Virus record (IMG/VR): IMGVR_UViG_2700989574_000004
Location: 1-64,000 of that record
Origin: a virus
Taxonomy: Duplodnaviria > Caudoviricetes
Strand: one strand, 5' to 3'
Length of the DNA stretch: 64,000 bases
The notes under the pieces are model-generated. The model did no database searches. It was not told the origin of the DNA and worked only from the letters and a program-made list of their open reading frames with translations. Below, piece by piece: positions 27,319 to 36,837 of the stretch. The position numbers and the translations under genes are program-made. Numbering within the stretch: the stretch's first letter is position 1; the number at the start of each line of letters is the position of its first letter.

Positions 27319-30300
27319 TATTTCCCCCCCAGCATCTGTTTCAGCGTGGCTGAATTGTTCTTCACCCAGGTCATCATGACGCGGTTTCCGGGGGCGCTCT
27401 TAACCGCTTTATCCAGAACGTCATTCGGATCGAGTACCAGATACTGCTGTAACACCGGCGCGTTACTGCCCCCGCCGGACTCACTGTCACTGCTGGAGTC
27501 CGGGGACTGATTGACCTGTTGTTGCCGCGAAATCCCCGGATCAGATACCAGACCGCCATCGGCAAACGCCCCCAGACGCCCGTTGTTGATTGCATGAAGA
27601 AAATCGACGCCATAGCGGTTAACCGCCGCAGCTTTGACAACAAACTCCCCGTCAGAAAGCCTGGCAGCGATACTGTCAGACGTTGCCGTACCGGGGCCGG
27701 AAATATGGCCACCGGTGGCGGCGGCCACACTGGCAGCAGCCCCGACACCTGAACTGGCACTGCTGGCGGCACTCGCTGACGCGATTGCCGCAGATAATGT
27801 CGCGGCTCCTGCGGCAAAGGCACCGCTAAGGGCCGTGGTGAGAGCGGTAACGCCGGATGTAAACGCGGCCGTGAAACCGGTCGTCATGGCCGTACTGCCC
27901 GCAGTGATGGAGGCTCCCATTGCTGTTGCACCGGCCGTTGAGGCTGTCGTGATGGCGGTGGCATAGGTTGCCGCACCGGCAGCATCAGTGGCGGTATCGG
28001 TGGCAGAGCTGACGGCAGACTCAGCAGCGCCGGTGGCCGCTTTCGCCCCCATACCAAACAATCCTTTCAGGCTGTCTGTGACGCTACCGAGCCCCTCCAT
28101 AGCCATACCCGCCAGATTGCGGGAGGCGACCTGGGCCATCGCGCTGGCCACCGATTTTGCCAGGTTCAGCACGGCATCACTCAGGTTTAACGTGCCATCA
28201 GCCAGGCCGTTAAGCGTGCTCTCCATCCCGTCCTGCAGGCCATCCTTAAAAGCTGTCGTCAGCTCATCCGTGGTGGACTTCAGGGTTAACAGCTCATTCT
28301 CCAGGCTGGTGAGCATCTCACGCATCTGATCGCCGGTTTCACCGGGCAGCGTGGCCATCTGGCGCAACTGCGGCAGATAACCGGCGATTTTGTCGCCGAC
28401 CTCCTGATGCAGGGCAACCAGTTGGCGACGGCCGTTGAGTTCAGAGATAAGACCCGCCTGAACCTGAGCCTGGACGCTGCTCTCTTTCTGGCTGCGATAC
28501 GCTTCCAGGTCATCAATACTCTTTTTGAGCGCGTCGGCCCGCACTCTGGCTTCCTGAACCGGCAGGAGTTTATCCAGCCAGGCCAGCCCTTCGGTATTGC
28601 CGGATTCGGTAAACTCTTTGCGCATTTCAGCAATACTGGCCCGGACTTCTGCCAGACCGCCGCCAAGTACATCACCGGTGGCTTTCAGGTATTGCGCCTG
28701 CAGCTGCGCGTTCCGGGTCGCGTTCGCATCTGATTTCTCTTTCTGCTCACTGGCGGCGATAACAGCCAGCGCCGCTTCCGCCCGCGCTTTCAGCGCACCG
28801 GTCAGCCCCTTTTCCGCCAGCTCATAGGCCGATACCTGGGCTTTTGTTTTACCCACCGCCCAGGCCTGTTTTTCCAGCCCCTTAACATAGGTTTCACTGT
28901 TCTGTGCAGCAGACTTTGCCGCACGTGCAGCCGCTTCAGACTGCCGTTTGTTCTCTTTGGCCTGGTCGGTCTGTTTCTGCAGGTTAATCAGCTTTTCCAG
29001 ACTTTCCCGCAGTTTGTCGATATCAGCAGGAGCCTGACCAGCTGCCAGTGCGGCCGCAATGGTTTTGTCCCGCAGTTGCTCCAGTTGCTGAACGGCCGTC
29101 ATGGTGGCATCGGCCAGCTCTTTTTCCAGTTTGGGGCGGAGCTTATCGGCTTCAGCGCTCAGCTCAGCAAAGCTCTGCTCGCTTTTGGCCATCTGCGCAG
29201 CCGCCTCATCCATCCAGCGAATAGGCCCGGCGTTCTGCAGTTCGGTCAGCACATCGCGCAGGGTTTTACCGCTGGCGGTTGGCGCATCGAGGGCTCGGGC
29301 AAGGCGGTTTTCCAGCTCGTCGGAAAGGGTATCCTGGGCGGTGCTGAGGTTATCGAATTTGGGCGTCAGTTCATCAATCTGTTTCTGAACCTCTTCCAGC
29401 TTGTTCGCCAGGTACATGATCCCCAGCCCGGAGGGGGCCGGACTGCTCATCAACCCTTCAATCTGCTGTTTGAGCATGGCGGCCTGACTCTGCAGGTCGC
29501 TCAATTTCTTGCTGTCCTGGGTCAGTACATCCGCATTGCTGCGTTGCTGGGTCAGCACATCACCGGTGCTGGCGGAGGCTTTGAGGCGACCCTGAGCATC
29601 AATCAGGGCATCGGTTTTCTGGCGCTGATCCTCCAGTGTCTGGATGGTCTGCTGATGCTGCTGTGCCAGCGCCGCTTCAGACTCCTGGGCCGATGCATAC
29701 GCCGCACTCAGCCCACCCACGGCCAGCGTGACGCCGGTGATGGCCAGCCCCATCGGGCCACCCAGCAGTCCCATCAGGCCGGAGCCCAGACGACTGAAGG
29801 CCGATGTGGATGCTCTGGCCACACCCAGCGCTTTCTCCGCGACAGTCTGTCGAACCAGCGCGGCAGTGACCGCATCCTCCGCTTTCGCCCGTGCGCCTGG
29901 TGCGGAAATACCGGTTTTTGCCCTGATAGCCTGCGCCTGTGCGGCTGCCAGCGCCGCTTTCGACTCCGCGTATTCAGCCTCCGCAAGTTGCAGCGTCTCG
30001 ATACGGTCAGCGCGTGCTGCCTGTGTGGCGCTGACCAGGGCGGCAACCTTACGGCCGCCCATCACCACAGCCAGCGCAATCGCAGCAGTCGTCAGGGTGG
30101 ACAGGTTACCCGCCAGCCCCGAAATGACCGCCGCTATAGCCTTTGAGGCACCCAGCGCATCGTTTGTCCCGCCGACGAACTCCACCCAGGCATTGGCCAT
30201 TTCCGTGGAGGCACGACCAATGGTGAGCGGCATCTGGGAGAATTCACGATCAATATCCGCCGCTCCGTCTTTCAGGGCTTTGAAGACCACATCCGTGGTC

Positions 30301-31034
30301 AGCATTCCCTGTTCCGCCATCGCCCGCAGCTCGCCTCGCGTTTTACCCAGCGACGTCTGCAGCATCTCCATGATGCGGGGCATCTGCTCGGAAACAGAGT
30401 TAAATTCCTCGCCCCGGAGCGTGCCGGAAGCCAGCCCCTGGCTTAACTGGATGATCGCATTGGTGGACTCTTCCGCCGTGGCACCGGAAACAATTGCTGC
30501 TTTGTTGATGACGCTGGTCACCTGCAGCAGCTCGGTCTGGGTGGCGCTGCCTTTCAGGGATCGCGCCATGCGGGTGTAAAGTTCAGCGGTGGAGGAAATG
30601 CGCTGGCCGGTTTCATTGGCCAGTGCAATCACCGATTTGAACGTGGTGCCAGCCTGTTCATTCGACGTTGACACCAGGCGGATACGTGCCGCCAGGCTGG
30701 TGTATTCATCCGAAATATGCGCCAGTCCCGTGAGTGCCCCTCCGCCGAGCGCCAGACCGGTGACCGTACCTGCGATGGTTTTCAGGCGGTTAAGCTGTCC
30801 CTCGACAACGCTTATCTCACTGCCGGTTTTGGCCAGTTTCTGACTGGCGCTGTCCGCTGAACGTCCGACGGTTCCCAGACCTGCTGCTGCCGCATTACCG
30901 GACTGGCCAAGCTGACTGCCGCTGCGGGCGGTATTATTCAGGGAGGTTTCGAGTTGAGTGAGGGCGTTCTGAGCGCTTTTTAAATCGGCCTGTATACGGA
31001 GGCGCAGCTCCAGATTGCCATTTCCGCTTGCCAT
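27318..31034 (-). CDS. Tail tape measure protein
   Basis: Long Ala-rich helical ORF with IQLSQGLASGTLRGEEFNSV and GPGTATSDSI.ARLSDGEFVVKA. Confidence 0.93.
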   Translation of the reverse strand: MASGNGNLELRLRIQADLKSAQNALTQLETSLNNTARSGSQLGQSGNAAAAGLGTVGRSADSASQKLAKTGSEISVVEGQLNRLKTIAGTVTGLALGGGALTGLAHISDEYTSLAARIRLVSTSNEQAGTTFKSVIALANETGQRISSTAELYTRMARSLKGSATQTELLQVTSVINKAAIVSGATAEESTNAIIQLSQGLASGTLRGEEFNSVSEQMPRIMEMLQTSLGKTRGELRAMAEQGMLTTDVVFKALKDGAADIDREFSQMPLTIGRASTEMANAWVEFVGGTNDALGASKAIAAVISGLAGNLSTLTTAAIALAVVMGGRKVAALVSATQAARADRIETLQLAEAEYAESKAALAAAQAQAIRAKTGISAPGARAKAEDAVTAALVRQTVAEKALGVARASTSAFSRLGSGLMGLLGGPMGLAITGVTLAVGGLSAAYASAQESEAALAQQHQQTIQTLEDQRQKTDALIDAQGRLKASASTGDVLTQQRSNADVLTQDSKKLSDLQSQAAMLKQQIEGLMSSPAPSGLGIMYLANKLEEVQKQIDELTPKFDNLSTAQDTLSDELENRLARALDAPTASGKTLRDVLTELQNAGPIRWMDEAAAQMAKSEQSFAELSAEADKLRPKLEKELADATMTAVQQLEQLRDKTIAAALAAGQAPADIDKLRESLEKLINLQKQTDQAKENKRQSEAAARAAKSAAQNSETYVKGLEKQAWAVGKTKAQVSAYELAEKGLTGALKARAEAALAVIAASEQKEKSDANATRNAQLQAQYLKATGDVLGGGLAEVRASIAEMRKEFTESGNTEGLAWLDKLLPVQEARVRADALKKSIDDLEAYRSQKESSVQAQVQAGLISELNGRRQLVALHQEVGDKIAGYLPQLRQMATLPGETGDQMREMLTSLENELLTLKSTTDELTTAFKDGLQDGMESTLNGLADGTLNLSDAVLNLAKSVASAMAQVASRNLAGMAMEGLGSVTDSLKGLFGMGAKAATGAAESAVSSATDTATDAAGAATYATAITTASTAGATAMGASITAGSTAMTTGFTAAFTSGVTALTTALSGAFAAGAATLSAAIASASAASSASSGVGAAASVAAATGGHISGPGTATSDSIAARLSDGEFVVKAAAVNRYGVDFLHAINNGRLGAFADGGLVSDPGISRQQQVNQSPDSSSDSESGGGSNAPVLQQYLVLDPNDVLDKAVKSAPGNRVMMTWVKNNSATLKQMLGGK

Positions 31035-31091
31035 GTTGTACCGCTCCGGAAAGGTGACAAAACCCCTCATCGAGGGGTTATTAAGTGGGAG

Positions 31092-31372
31092 TTAACGGCG
31101 CTTTAATGCCTGTTTAAATTTGTCGATGTACTTCTGCAGTGTCTTCCCACCGGTAAATCCGGCGTGACAGTCCAGGGAGCGCTGTAAACGTTCATCAATT
31201 TCCCGCCGTTGCGCCTGTTCATAAAACAGCTTCAGCTGGCGGGCGGTGTAATGCCGGAGGTCTCCGAACTGGTGTCCGTGGTCGATGAGGCAGGCGAAGA
31301 TGTCCGCCCAGCCTGCTGATTCAGCGCTTTTACCAGTTTTTCGAGCGCCGGTCTGATGGCGTTGCGGGTAAA
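31092..31372 (-). CDS. Tail assembly chaperone extension (GT-like), probably made by -1 frameshift
   Basis: ORF in the -1 frame of 31232-31702 with no good start of its own; T7 run at 31370-31376 on the minus strand. Confidence 0.55.
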
Positions 31373-31702
31373 AAAACTGGCATTCACCCCCCACCAGGTC
31401 AGCAGCAGACTCTCACTGTCTTCCCCGGTCAGGCCGGAGACCCATTCAACCGACTGGCCACAGGAAATCGCCACCGCCTGCATCACGGATGGCCAACGCT
31501 CACCCAGCACATCAAACAGTTCCTCAACCGAAATCTCGGCATTAGGGGCAGAGTTCATGGCATCACAAAGGCCAGAACTGATATCCCGGAGGGGATGGCG
31601 GTGCTGCAGTTGCTCTGCCAGCGTGTACTCATGCACCGTAACCTGGACGCCATTCACGTTCAGCGTCCGGTCTGGCAGCAGAATGTTCAGTTCATCGGCC
31701 AT
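31232..31702 (-). CDS. Tail assembly chaperone (G-like)
   Basis: Lies between the tube and tape measure genes; LLLTWWGVNASFF motif. Confidence 0.75.
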   Translation of the reverse strand: MADELNILLPDRTLNVNGVQVTVHEYTLAEQLQHRHPLRDISSGLCDAMNSAPNAEISVEELFDVLGERWPSVMQAVAISCGQSVEWVSGLTGEDSESLLLTWWGVNASFFTRNAIRPALEKLVKALNQQAGRTSSPASSTTDTSSETSGITPPAS

Positions 31703-32445
31703 CAGTCACTCCCGACGTGGATCACGCGCCCGTAGCGACCAAACTCGGCATCCTCCGGACGTTCGGTATCCAGCAGAACGGCGGCGGTGGTCTCCAGTCC
31801 GGGCAGTGAGGTATCGGTGTTAATCAGGCTCAATGCCGACACCGGGTCGTACTGCACTTTGTACAGCTCCAGCACTACCGGTGCGCCGTTCTCTGCCAGG
31901 TTGATGCCTTCATAGCGCAGGAACAGGTCAACCGGGCTGGCAGTAAACATGGAGGTGTTAATGCTGCTGGCATAGGAGTAATTGACGCTGGGCGGTGTCG
32001 CTGGCGTGGTGATGAACTCAATCGCCCCAAACTTCAGGTCAACGGTGTAATCCTCACCCAGTGTCAGACCGGTAATGATGACCGCGCTCACGTTGTGATG
32101 CGCCAGCAGAACACGATCCCCGGCGACAATACCGGCTGGCAGGACTTCGCCGGTCACGGTTCCGGCAGGCACCACCACTTTTTCGCCATACAGCAGAACA
32201 GCCAGGTTTTCCGGCGAATGTTCATACCAGGTGGACGTGACCGAACCATCCTTACTGGTGCTGATGCGACGAACCGGCGCACGATGGCCGCTGTAGGATT
32301 CTTTATGGGTGAAAGACTCCGTTGTCAGCGCCACTTCAAGCGAGTCAACATCACCAATCCAGCGCATGGTGACAGCCTGTCCGGCGTCATTGCGGCGGCC
32401 GAGGTAAACTTTGCCCTGGCCATAGTAATAAGTTTCTGGGGTCAT
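31702..32445 (-). CDS. Major tail tube protein
   Basis: 247 aa between the terminator and chaperone genes; no sheath gene is present. Confidence 0.8.
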   Translation of the reverse strand: MTPETYYYGQGKVYLGRRNDAGQAVTMRWIGDVDSLEVALTTESFTHKESYSGHRAPVRRISTSKDGSVTSTWYEHSPENLAVLLYGEKVVVPAGTVTGEVLPAGIVAGDRVLLAHHNVSAVIITGLTLGEDYTVDLKFGAIEFITTPATPPSVNYSYASSINTSMFTASPVDLFLRYEGINLAENGAPVVLELYKVQYDPVSALSLINTDTSLPGLETTAAVLLDTERPEDAEFGRYGRVIHVGSD

Positions 32446-32636
32446 TATTCCTGTACCTCTGACAAAGGATCTCCGGCGCTGCCGGTATCGGTTTTACTCT
32501 TGCGGGACGTTCCCGCCGCCTTAGCCGGGCCGTAGTCAAGCAGCCACCGCCCGGTGATATCGTCCACTTCAATAATCGTTCCGGTACTCAGCACCTTGCC
32601 CTGATGCGTGTGTGGCCCGGTCAGTTCAATCTTCAT
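32445..32636 (-). CDS. Small virion/tail protein
   Basis: MKIELTGPHTHQGKV...IEVDD..GRWL; coupled ORF. Confidence 0.65.
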   Translation of the reverse strand: MKIELTGPHTHQGKVLSTGTIIEVDDITGRWLLDYGPAKAAGTSRKSKTDTGSAGDPLSEVQE

Positions 32637-33100
32637 CGGTATCCTCCAATCGCTGCCGGAACCGGCAACTGGAAAACCAGCGGGTAATACCCGTACCCGT
32701 CCTCATACTGAGCGGGGAGAGTCTGGCTGCTTCTGGTCAGCGCCCTGGCAATATCACCGTCGGGCTTCCATCCGGCCAGGGCATCGACGGTCTTTTTGAT
32801 TAACGGGCCTGCTTCGCTGCTGATATCAGCCCCCAGACCGCGCCCGTCGGCAAAATAAACACAGATAACGACGGCCCAGAGCTGACTAACAAACTGCATT
32901 CGCTGCATGCTACCGCCCGTAGCGGCCGTCGAGGTGTTGACGGTATCGCCGAGATACATCACATACGCCATCGGGCAAATGGGGTTGTCATCGTTCATCT
33001 GGGACAGACCCGCAACGCCCGTCACCTCGACAAAATCAGGCACCTGCTCGCGCAGGCGGTTAATCAGCAAGGGTTCACAAAACAGGTAATCGGTCACCAC
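32633..33100 (-). CDS. Tail terminator (Mu gp37-like)
   Basis: Synteny; PMAYVMYLGD, SQLWAVV, LAGWKP, YYPLVF. Confidence 0.7.
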   Translation of the reverse strand: MVTDYLFCEPLLINRLREQVPDFVEVTGVAGLSQMNDDNPICPMAYVMYLGDTVNTSTAATGGSMQRMQFVSQLWAVVICVYFADGRGLGADISSEAGPLIKKTVDALAGWKPDGDIARALTRSSQTLPAQYEDGYGYYPLVFQLPVPAAIGGYR

Positions 33101-33516
33101 AAACCATCCCTCCGGAACATATTGCGGCCGGGCGTAAACACTACTGATTCGTCCGGTTCCAGTACCTTCCCGGCGTTATCCAGACCCAGAGACAGCCGCC
33201 CGGAGGCGACCTTCTCCAGCTGGCGAATGCGCTGGTTATAGCGAATGGCCACTGGCGTATCGGTGCCGGGGTTCTGATACAGGTAATAACGGGTGATATC
33301 GCTGGCGATACGCCGCAGAGTGTCCGGCACGCTGGGGAGTGGCAGCAGACCGCGCCCCTCCAGATACATATTGATCTCCGCATCTGCATCCTCGATGGCC
33401 TTTTCCACGACAGCCATAACAATTTGCCCGGTGGCCGGACGGGCCCGGTCAGAAAGCCGGATAATGTCCTGCTCTCCGAAGTCGTTTATCAAATCATCCA
33501 GCGTGCAGTACCCCAT
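33094..33516 (-). CDS. Mu gp36 (J)-like head-tail adaptor
   Basis: YCTLDDL..FGE, AIEDADAEINMYL.GR.LLPL, DITRYYLY, V..G..SLG. Confidence 0.85.
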   Translation of the reverse strand: MGYCTLDDLINDFGEQDIIRLSDRARPATGQIVMAVVEKAIEDADAEINMYLEGRGLLPLPSVPDTLRRIASDITRYYLYQNPGTDTPVAIRYNQRIRQLEKVASGRLSLGLDNAGKVLEPDESVVFTPGRNMFRRDGLW

Positions 33517-33518
33517 GA

Positions 33519-33914
33519 TTACTCCTCAGCCGGGGTGTACGGCTTAACGCGCAGGTAAGGATCAAGCATGATTTTTTCGCGCTGCTCCTGCGTGAGCATC
33601 AAAAAATTCAGCGGTGTCGGGGTCGTGGTGAACTCGATACCGCCACGAATGCGTTTACCTGCCGGGGAACGGACGACCTGAACGGTAACCCAGGATTCAA
33701 TCGCAGCCTCTTGAACTATGGTTTCCGCACTGTCACCATCAGCACCATCGGAGCCGATTTCTGTACCATTGCCGGATGCACCATCCCCGGCAGCATCTCC
33801 GGAGTCAGTCGATGTACCGTCACCAGTGGTTACATCAGCGCCGGTCACTTTGCCCGCGCTGTCCTTTTGTTTGTCCTCTGCCGTCCGGGCTTCGGGTTTT
33901 GTTTTGCCAGCCAT
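33519..33914 (-). CDS. Mu gp35-like small protein after the capsid gene
   Basis: Low-complexity N-terminus; R.GIEF...DPYLRV C-terminus. Confidence 0.55.
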   Translation of the reverse strand: MAGKTKPEARTAEDKQKDSAGKVTGADVTTGDGTSTDSGDAAGDGASGNGTEIGSDGADGDSAETIVQEAAIESWVTVQVVRSPAGKRIRGGIEFTTTPTPLNFLMLTQEQREKIMLDPYLRVKPYTPAEE

Positions 33915-33972
33915 TAGGGTGTCTCCTGTCACGCCGTGACCGGCGTGACGTTAAAGGGGTTAAAAAGCCGGA

Positions 33973-34899
33973 TTAAATCAACCAGGCACTATCGAGAATG
34001 TCCGACAGTTTGTAGTTCGGGTTGTCTTCCCCGCCGTTGATGGTGGCCACACCCACAATCTTGCGGGCAGCTTCCGCCAGCTGAGGCGGGACAACCAGCA
34101 GATCGCCTTTGATGTTCAGTGGACGACCACCATCGGCCACCATATTGCGCAGCAGGGTATAGGCTTCCTGGTAATTCGCCGCCGTCAGCGGTTTGGTGGA
34201 CTTCACGCAGAACTGCCAGAAACCGAAGCCGACAGCCGAACGGGCACGCACGCCATACAGGAACTCATCGTTCATAAAAACGTGATCGCTGTTGTCATCG
34301 CTGGTCTTCGCCTTGAGATCAGGCTTAATTCGCTCCTGAAAAATCAGTGGCTTCAGCGCACGGGTGGTACACATCAGATACCACGGGGCCGGGCTGGCAG
34401 GGTCGCCGGAGGCCGGAGCCAGCAGGTTACTGACGGTGGTGATAGTGCCGGTGCCGTCCACGTTCGCCGCAACCGGATGCTCCGTATCAAAGAAGTTCTG
34501 TCCGTCATAGCACACGGTGGTTTCACCGGCTTTCAGCAGCTCAAAGATATGCTCATCCGGATAGACCCCGGCCGCGCGGCCCGCTTCGGTCATAACAGGG
34601 GTGTAGACTCCGACGCTGTCATCTTCAACGGCTGTACGCGGCACACCCACGGTGGCCTCATACAGTTTGTTGGTGATGCCATAACCATCGGTTTTCATAT
34701 CCTTGACGATACGGGCACCCACCCATTCACGCATCTGCGGGAAGTGGCCCAGCCAGGCGTAAATATTGGTGGCGGTGGTGGATTTGATCACCGTCGCAAT
34801 TTTGGTGTAGTCGGAATCAGCAACTTTAAGGCCATCCTGGAATGCCTTGTTAAAGCTGACAAAAAGCGACCGCACCAGCTCAGGAGTGATAATGGCCAT
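33973..34899 (-). CDS. Major head subunit (Mu gpT-like)
   Basis: YAWLGHFPQMREWVG.R, CYDGQNFFDTEHPV, LKPLIFQER, GFGFWQ. Confidence 0.93.
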   Translation of the reverse strand: MAIITPELVRSLFVSFNKAFQDGLKVADSDYTKIATVIKSTTATNIYAWLGHFPQMREWVGARIVKDMKTDGYGITNKLYEATVGVPRTAVEDDSVGVYTPVMTEAGRAAGVYPDEHIFELLKAGETTVCYDGQNFFDTEHPVAANVDGTGTITTVSNLLAPASGDPASPAPWYLMCTTRALKPLIFQERIKPDLKAKTSDDNSDHVFMNDEFLYGVRARSAVGFGFWQFCVKSTKPLTAANYQEAYTLLRNMVADGGRPLNIKGDLLVVPPQLAEAARKIVGVATINGGEDNPNYKLSDILDSAWLI

Positions 34900-36038
34900 T
34901 ACTTGATTTCCTTTTTAGCAGCGGCGAATTCCGCCGGAGTTAAACCCGTCAGCGAGGCAACCTGCAGTTCCGTCGCCGTCAGGCCGTGGGTTTCACCAGC
35001 CGGAGGGTGGCCTCCGGACTGCATCGTGGTCAGCGCCGCAATCGGCGCGGCCGCGTCCAGATACTTACGCAGTGCGGCGATATCTTTTTTACCCAGCTCA
35101 CGCGCCCAGTCCTCCATCACCGGCAGCAGCTTGCCGGACGACAGACCGTCGTTGACCAGAGAATCAAGATCGCCACCATCGATACGCGCGGTCAGTGCGG
35201 CTAGTTGCGTGGTCAGGTCAGTCACCACGGCAATCGGGACATATTTCGTCGGGTCTGGTGCGCCTTTACTGGCACTGGCAGAGGCCGCAATGGTTAATGC
35301 CGCAATCTTGTCCTCATGGGTTTTCACCAGCGTGGACTGAGTGGCGAACATTTCCAGCAGGCGGCTCAGGCTGGCGCTGCTGGTATCGCCTTCTTTTTCT
35401 TTCGGCATATTGCCCGCTGCCTGCTGAAGGGCGGACAGAACATCCGCTTCGCTGGCGTCATCGGCCAGGCCCAGCAGCTTACGCAGCAGCTTTAACAGCT
35501 CTTCGTTCATTGTCTTCTCCGGGGAGTGTTGAGTTGATGCCTGCACGATGAGACGAGAGGCGGCCGCCAGGGCAACATGACTCATGCCGTCCAGCGCGGG
35601 GTTGTTGGTGAGCGCGGCATTGAGAACCTGCAGCACGGCACCGGTTTTGGGGTCGTAGGCAAATACCGGGCTGATGTAGCGGTATTCGCCGTTTGCGATC
35701 ATCTCTCTGGCGCGTTCCGTCCACTCGACGTTGCGGGCAAACAATCCGCTCTCTTCCCAGACGGTATCGCTGCCAGCCCACCATCCGGCAGCCGGGGCCG
35801 GATGGCCGTTCTGCTCGGTGAGCAACGTCTGGTGCTCGTAGTCGATGACAATTTTGTTTTTACGCGCCGCGAGCTGTGCAATGACCTGCTGCGCCAGACT
35901 CTCAGTCAGGAGCCAGTGCGCACAGTCAGAGGGGCGACCATCGGTTGCGCGAAACTCACCGGCCGGGAAAAGCTGGATAACGTTTCCGGTCGGGTTCAGC
36001 TCAAAGGCCAGGGATGCGACAGCAAGATTTTTTTTCAT
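34899..36038 (-). CDS. Head protease/scaffold (Mu gpI-like)
   Basis: IVIDYEHQT, PAAGW, EYRYISPVF, ALTNNPALDGM. Confidence 0.93.
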   Translation of the reverse strand: MKKNLAVASLAFELNPTGNVIQLFPAGEFRATDGRPSDCAHWLLTESLAQQVIAQLAARKNKIVIDYEHQTLLTEQNGHPAPAAGWWAGSDTVWEESGLFARNVEWTERAREMIANGEYRYISPVFAYDPKTGAVLQVLNAALTNNPALDGMSHVALAAASRLIVQASTQHSPEKTMNEELLKLLRKLLGLADDASEADVLSALQQAAGNMPKEKEGDTSSASLSRLLEMFATQSTLVKTHEDKIAALTIAASASASKGAPDPTKYVPIAVVTDLTTQLAALTARIDGGDLDSLVNDGLSSGKLLPVMEDWARELGKKDIAALRKYLDAAAPIAALTTMQSGGHPPAGETHGLTATELQVASLTGLTPAEFAAAKKEIK

Positions 36039-36044
36039 GCCGTC

Positions 36045-36089
36045 AGTGTACGAAGAGGGGTAAAACAGATTCAGGGGACGGGGTTCGTC
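36045..36089 (-). promoter_or_regulatory. Activator-dependent late promoter (PI-like)
   Basis: GACGAACCCCGTCCCC - 23 bp - TACACT; identical 16-mer and spacing at 44540-44584. Confidence 0.75.
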
Positions 36090-36228
36090 ACACTCATGAA
36101 GGGGGAAAAGGAGACGCGATCATCTTACAACATCGCAACCCCTTTTAAACCCCTTTTAAAAGTTCACAGAACAGCACAACGTTGTTTTGATGCGCCGTTA
36201 TGTCAGAAATAAACCGATGCGCTCAGAA

Positions 36229-36837
36229 TCAGTCTGACGCCGTTTTAGAGATATTCATCAGGGCACTGCTCAGAACCGCCATCACCGCTTCAAATGCTGG
36301 CGGCGTCAGCTGGTTATTTTCCGTCACCGGCAGGAACGGACGTGGCCGGATCACGATGCTGTAATTGACCGCGCGGGCGACGGCCTGCTTATGACTGCGT
36401 TTCGCGAAGACGGCGAGATTCGGGTGTTTTTCCTGCCGTCTGAGATTGCCTTTTTTATCGGTTCTCAGTCGTACCTGCCCCTGCCGCTTGATGGTGCCGC
36501 CGAGATGCTGAATGGGGGCGTACACAAGATTAGAGCCGATTTGCGCAAAATCGTCACCGGCACCGGTCTGAACGGATGAGGCCAGCCGCCCGGTCACCTG
36601 CAGGATTTTACCCGGCCAGTGTCCGCTACGGCTGCGGGCCCGCATGGTGGACGGCTTCAGGGATGGCCAGCTTTTGGCCGGGAAACCTTCTTCCTCGAAC
36701 ATCTTCATGCTCTGTGCGTGGAGCGTCTCCGCTACCTCCTGCATGATGGCTCTGGGCTTTCTGATGATGCTGGCCAGCTGCTGCAGTTGCTTGTCCAGCT
36801 CGCGGCTGTCTACCGTTAATTTGATACTGGTGGCCAT
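36229..36837 (-). CDS. Virion morphogenesis protein (Mu gpG-like)
   Basis: WPSLKPST, KILQVTGRLASS, IGSNLVYAPIQHLGG, PRPFL. Confidence 0.88.
   Translation of the reverse strand: MATSIKLTVDSRELDKQLQQLASIIRKPRAIMQEVAETLHAQSMKMFEEEGFPAKSWPSLKPSTMRARSRSGHWPGKILQVTGRLASSVQTGAGDDFAQIGSNLVYAPIQHLGGTIKRQGQVRLRTDKKGNLRRQEKHPNLAVFAKRSHKQAVARAVNYSIVIRPRPFLPVTENNQLTPPAFEAVMAVLSSALMNISKTASD

Noticed and set aside
27374-30843. Long plus-strand and alternate-frame ORFs over the tape measure gene (e.g. 29076-30146, 29728-30579)
   Set aside because: Shadow ORFs of GC-rich, Ala-rich coding sequence with no motifs or RBS.
34282-36212. Plus-strand ORFs of 352 and 211 aa opposite the capsid and protease genes
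   Set aside because: Antisense shadows of well-supported genes.
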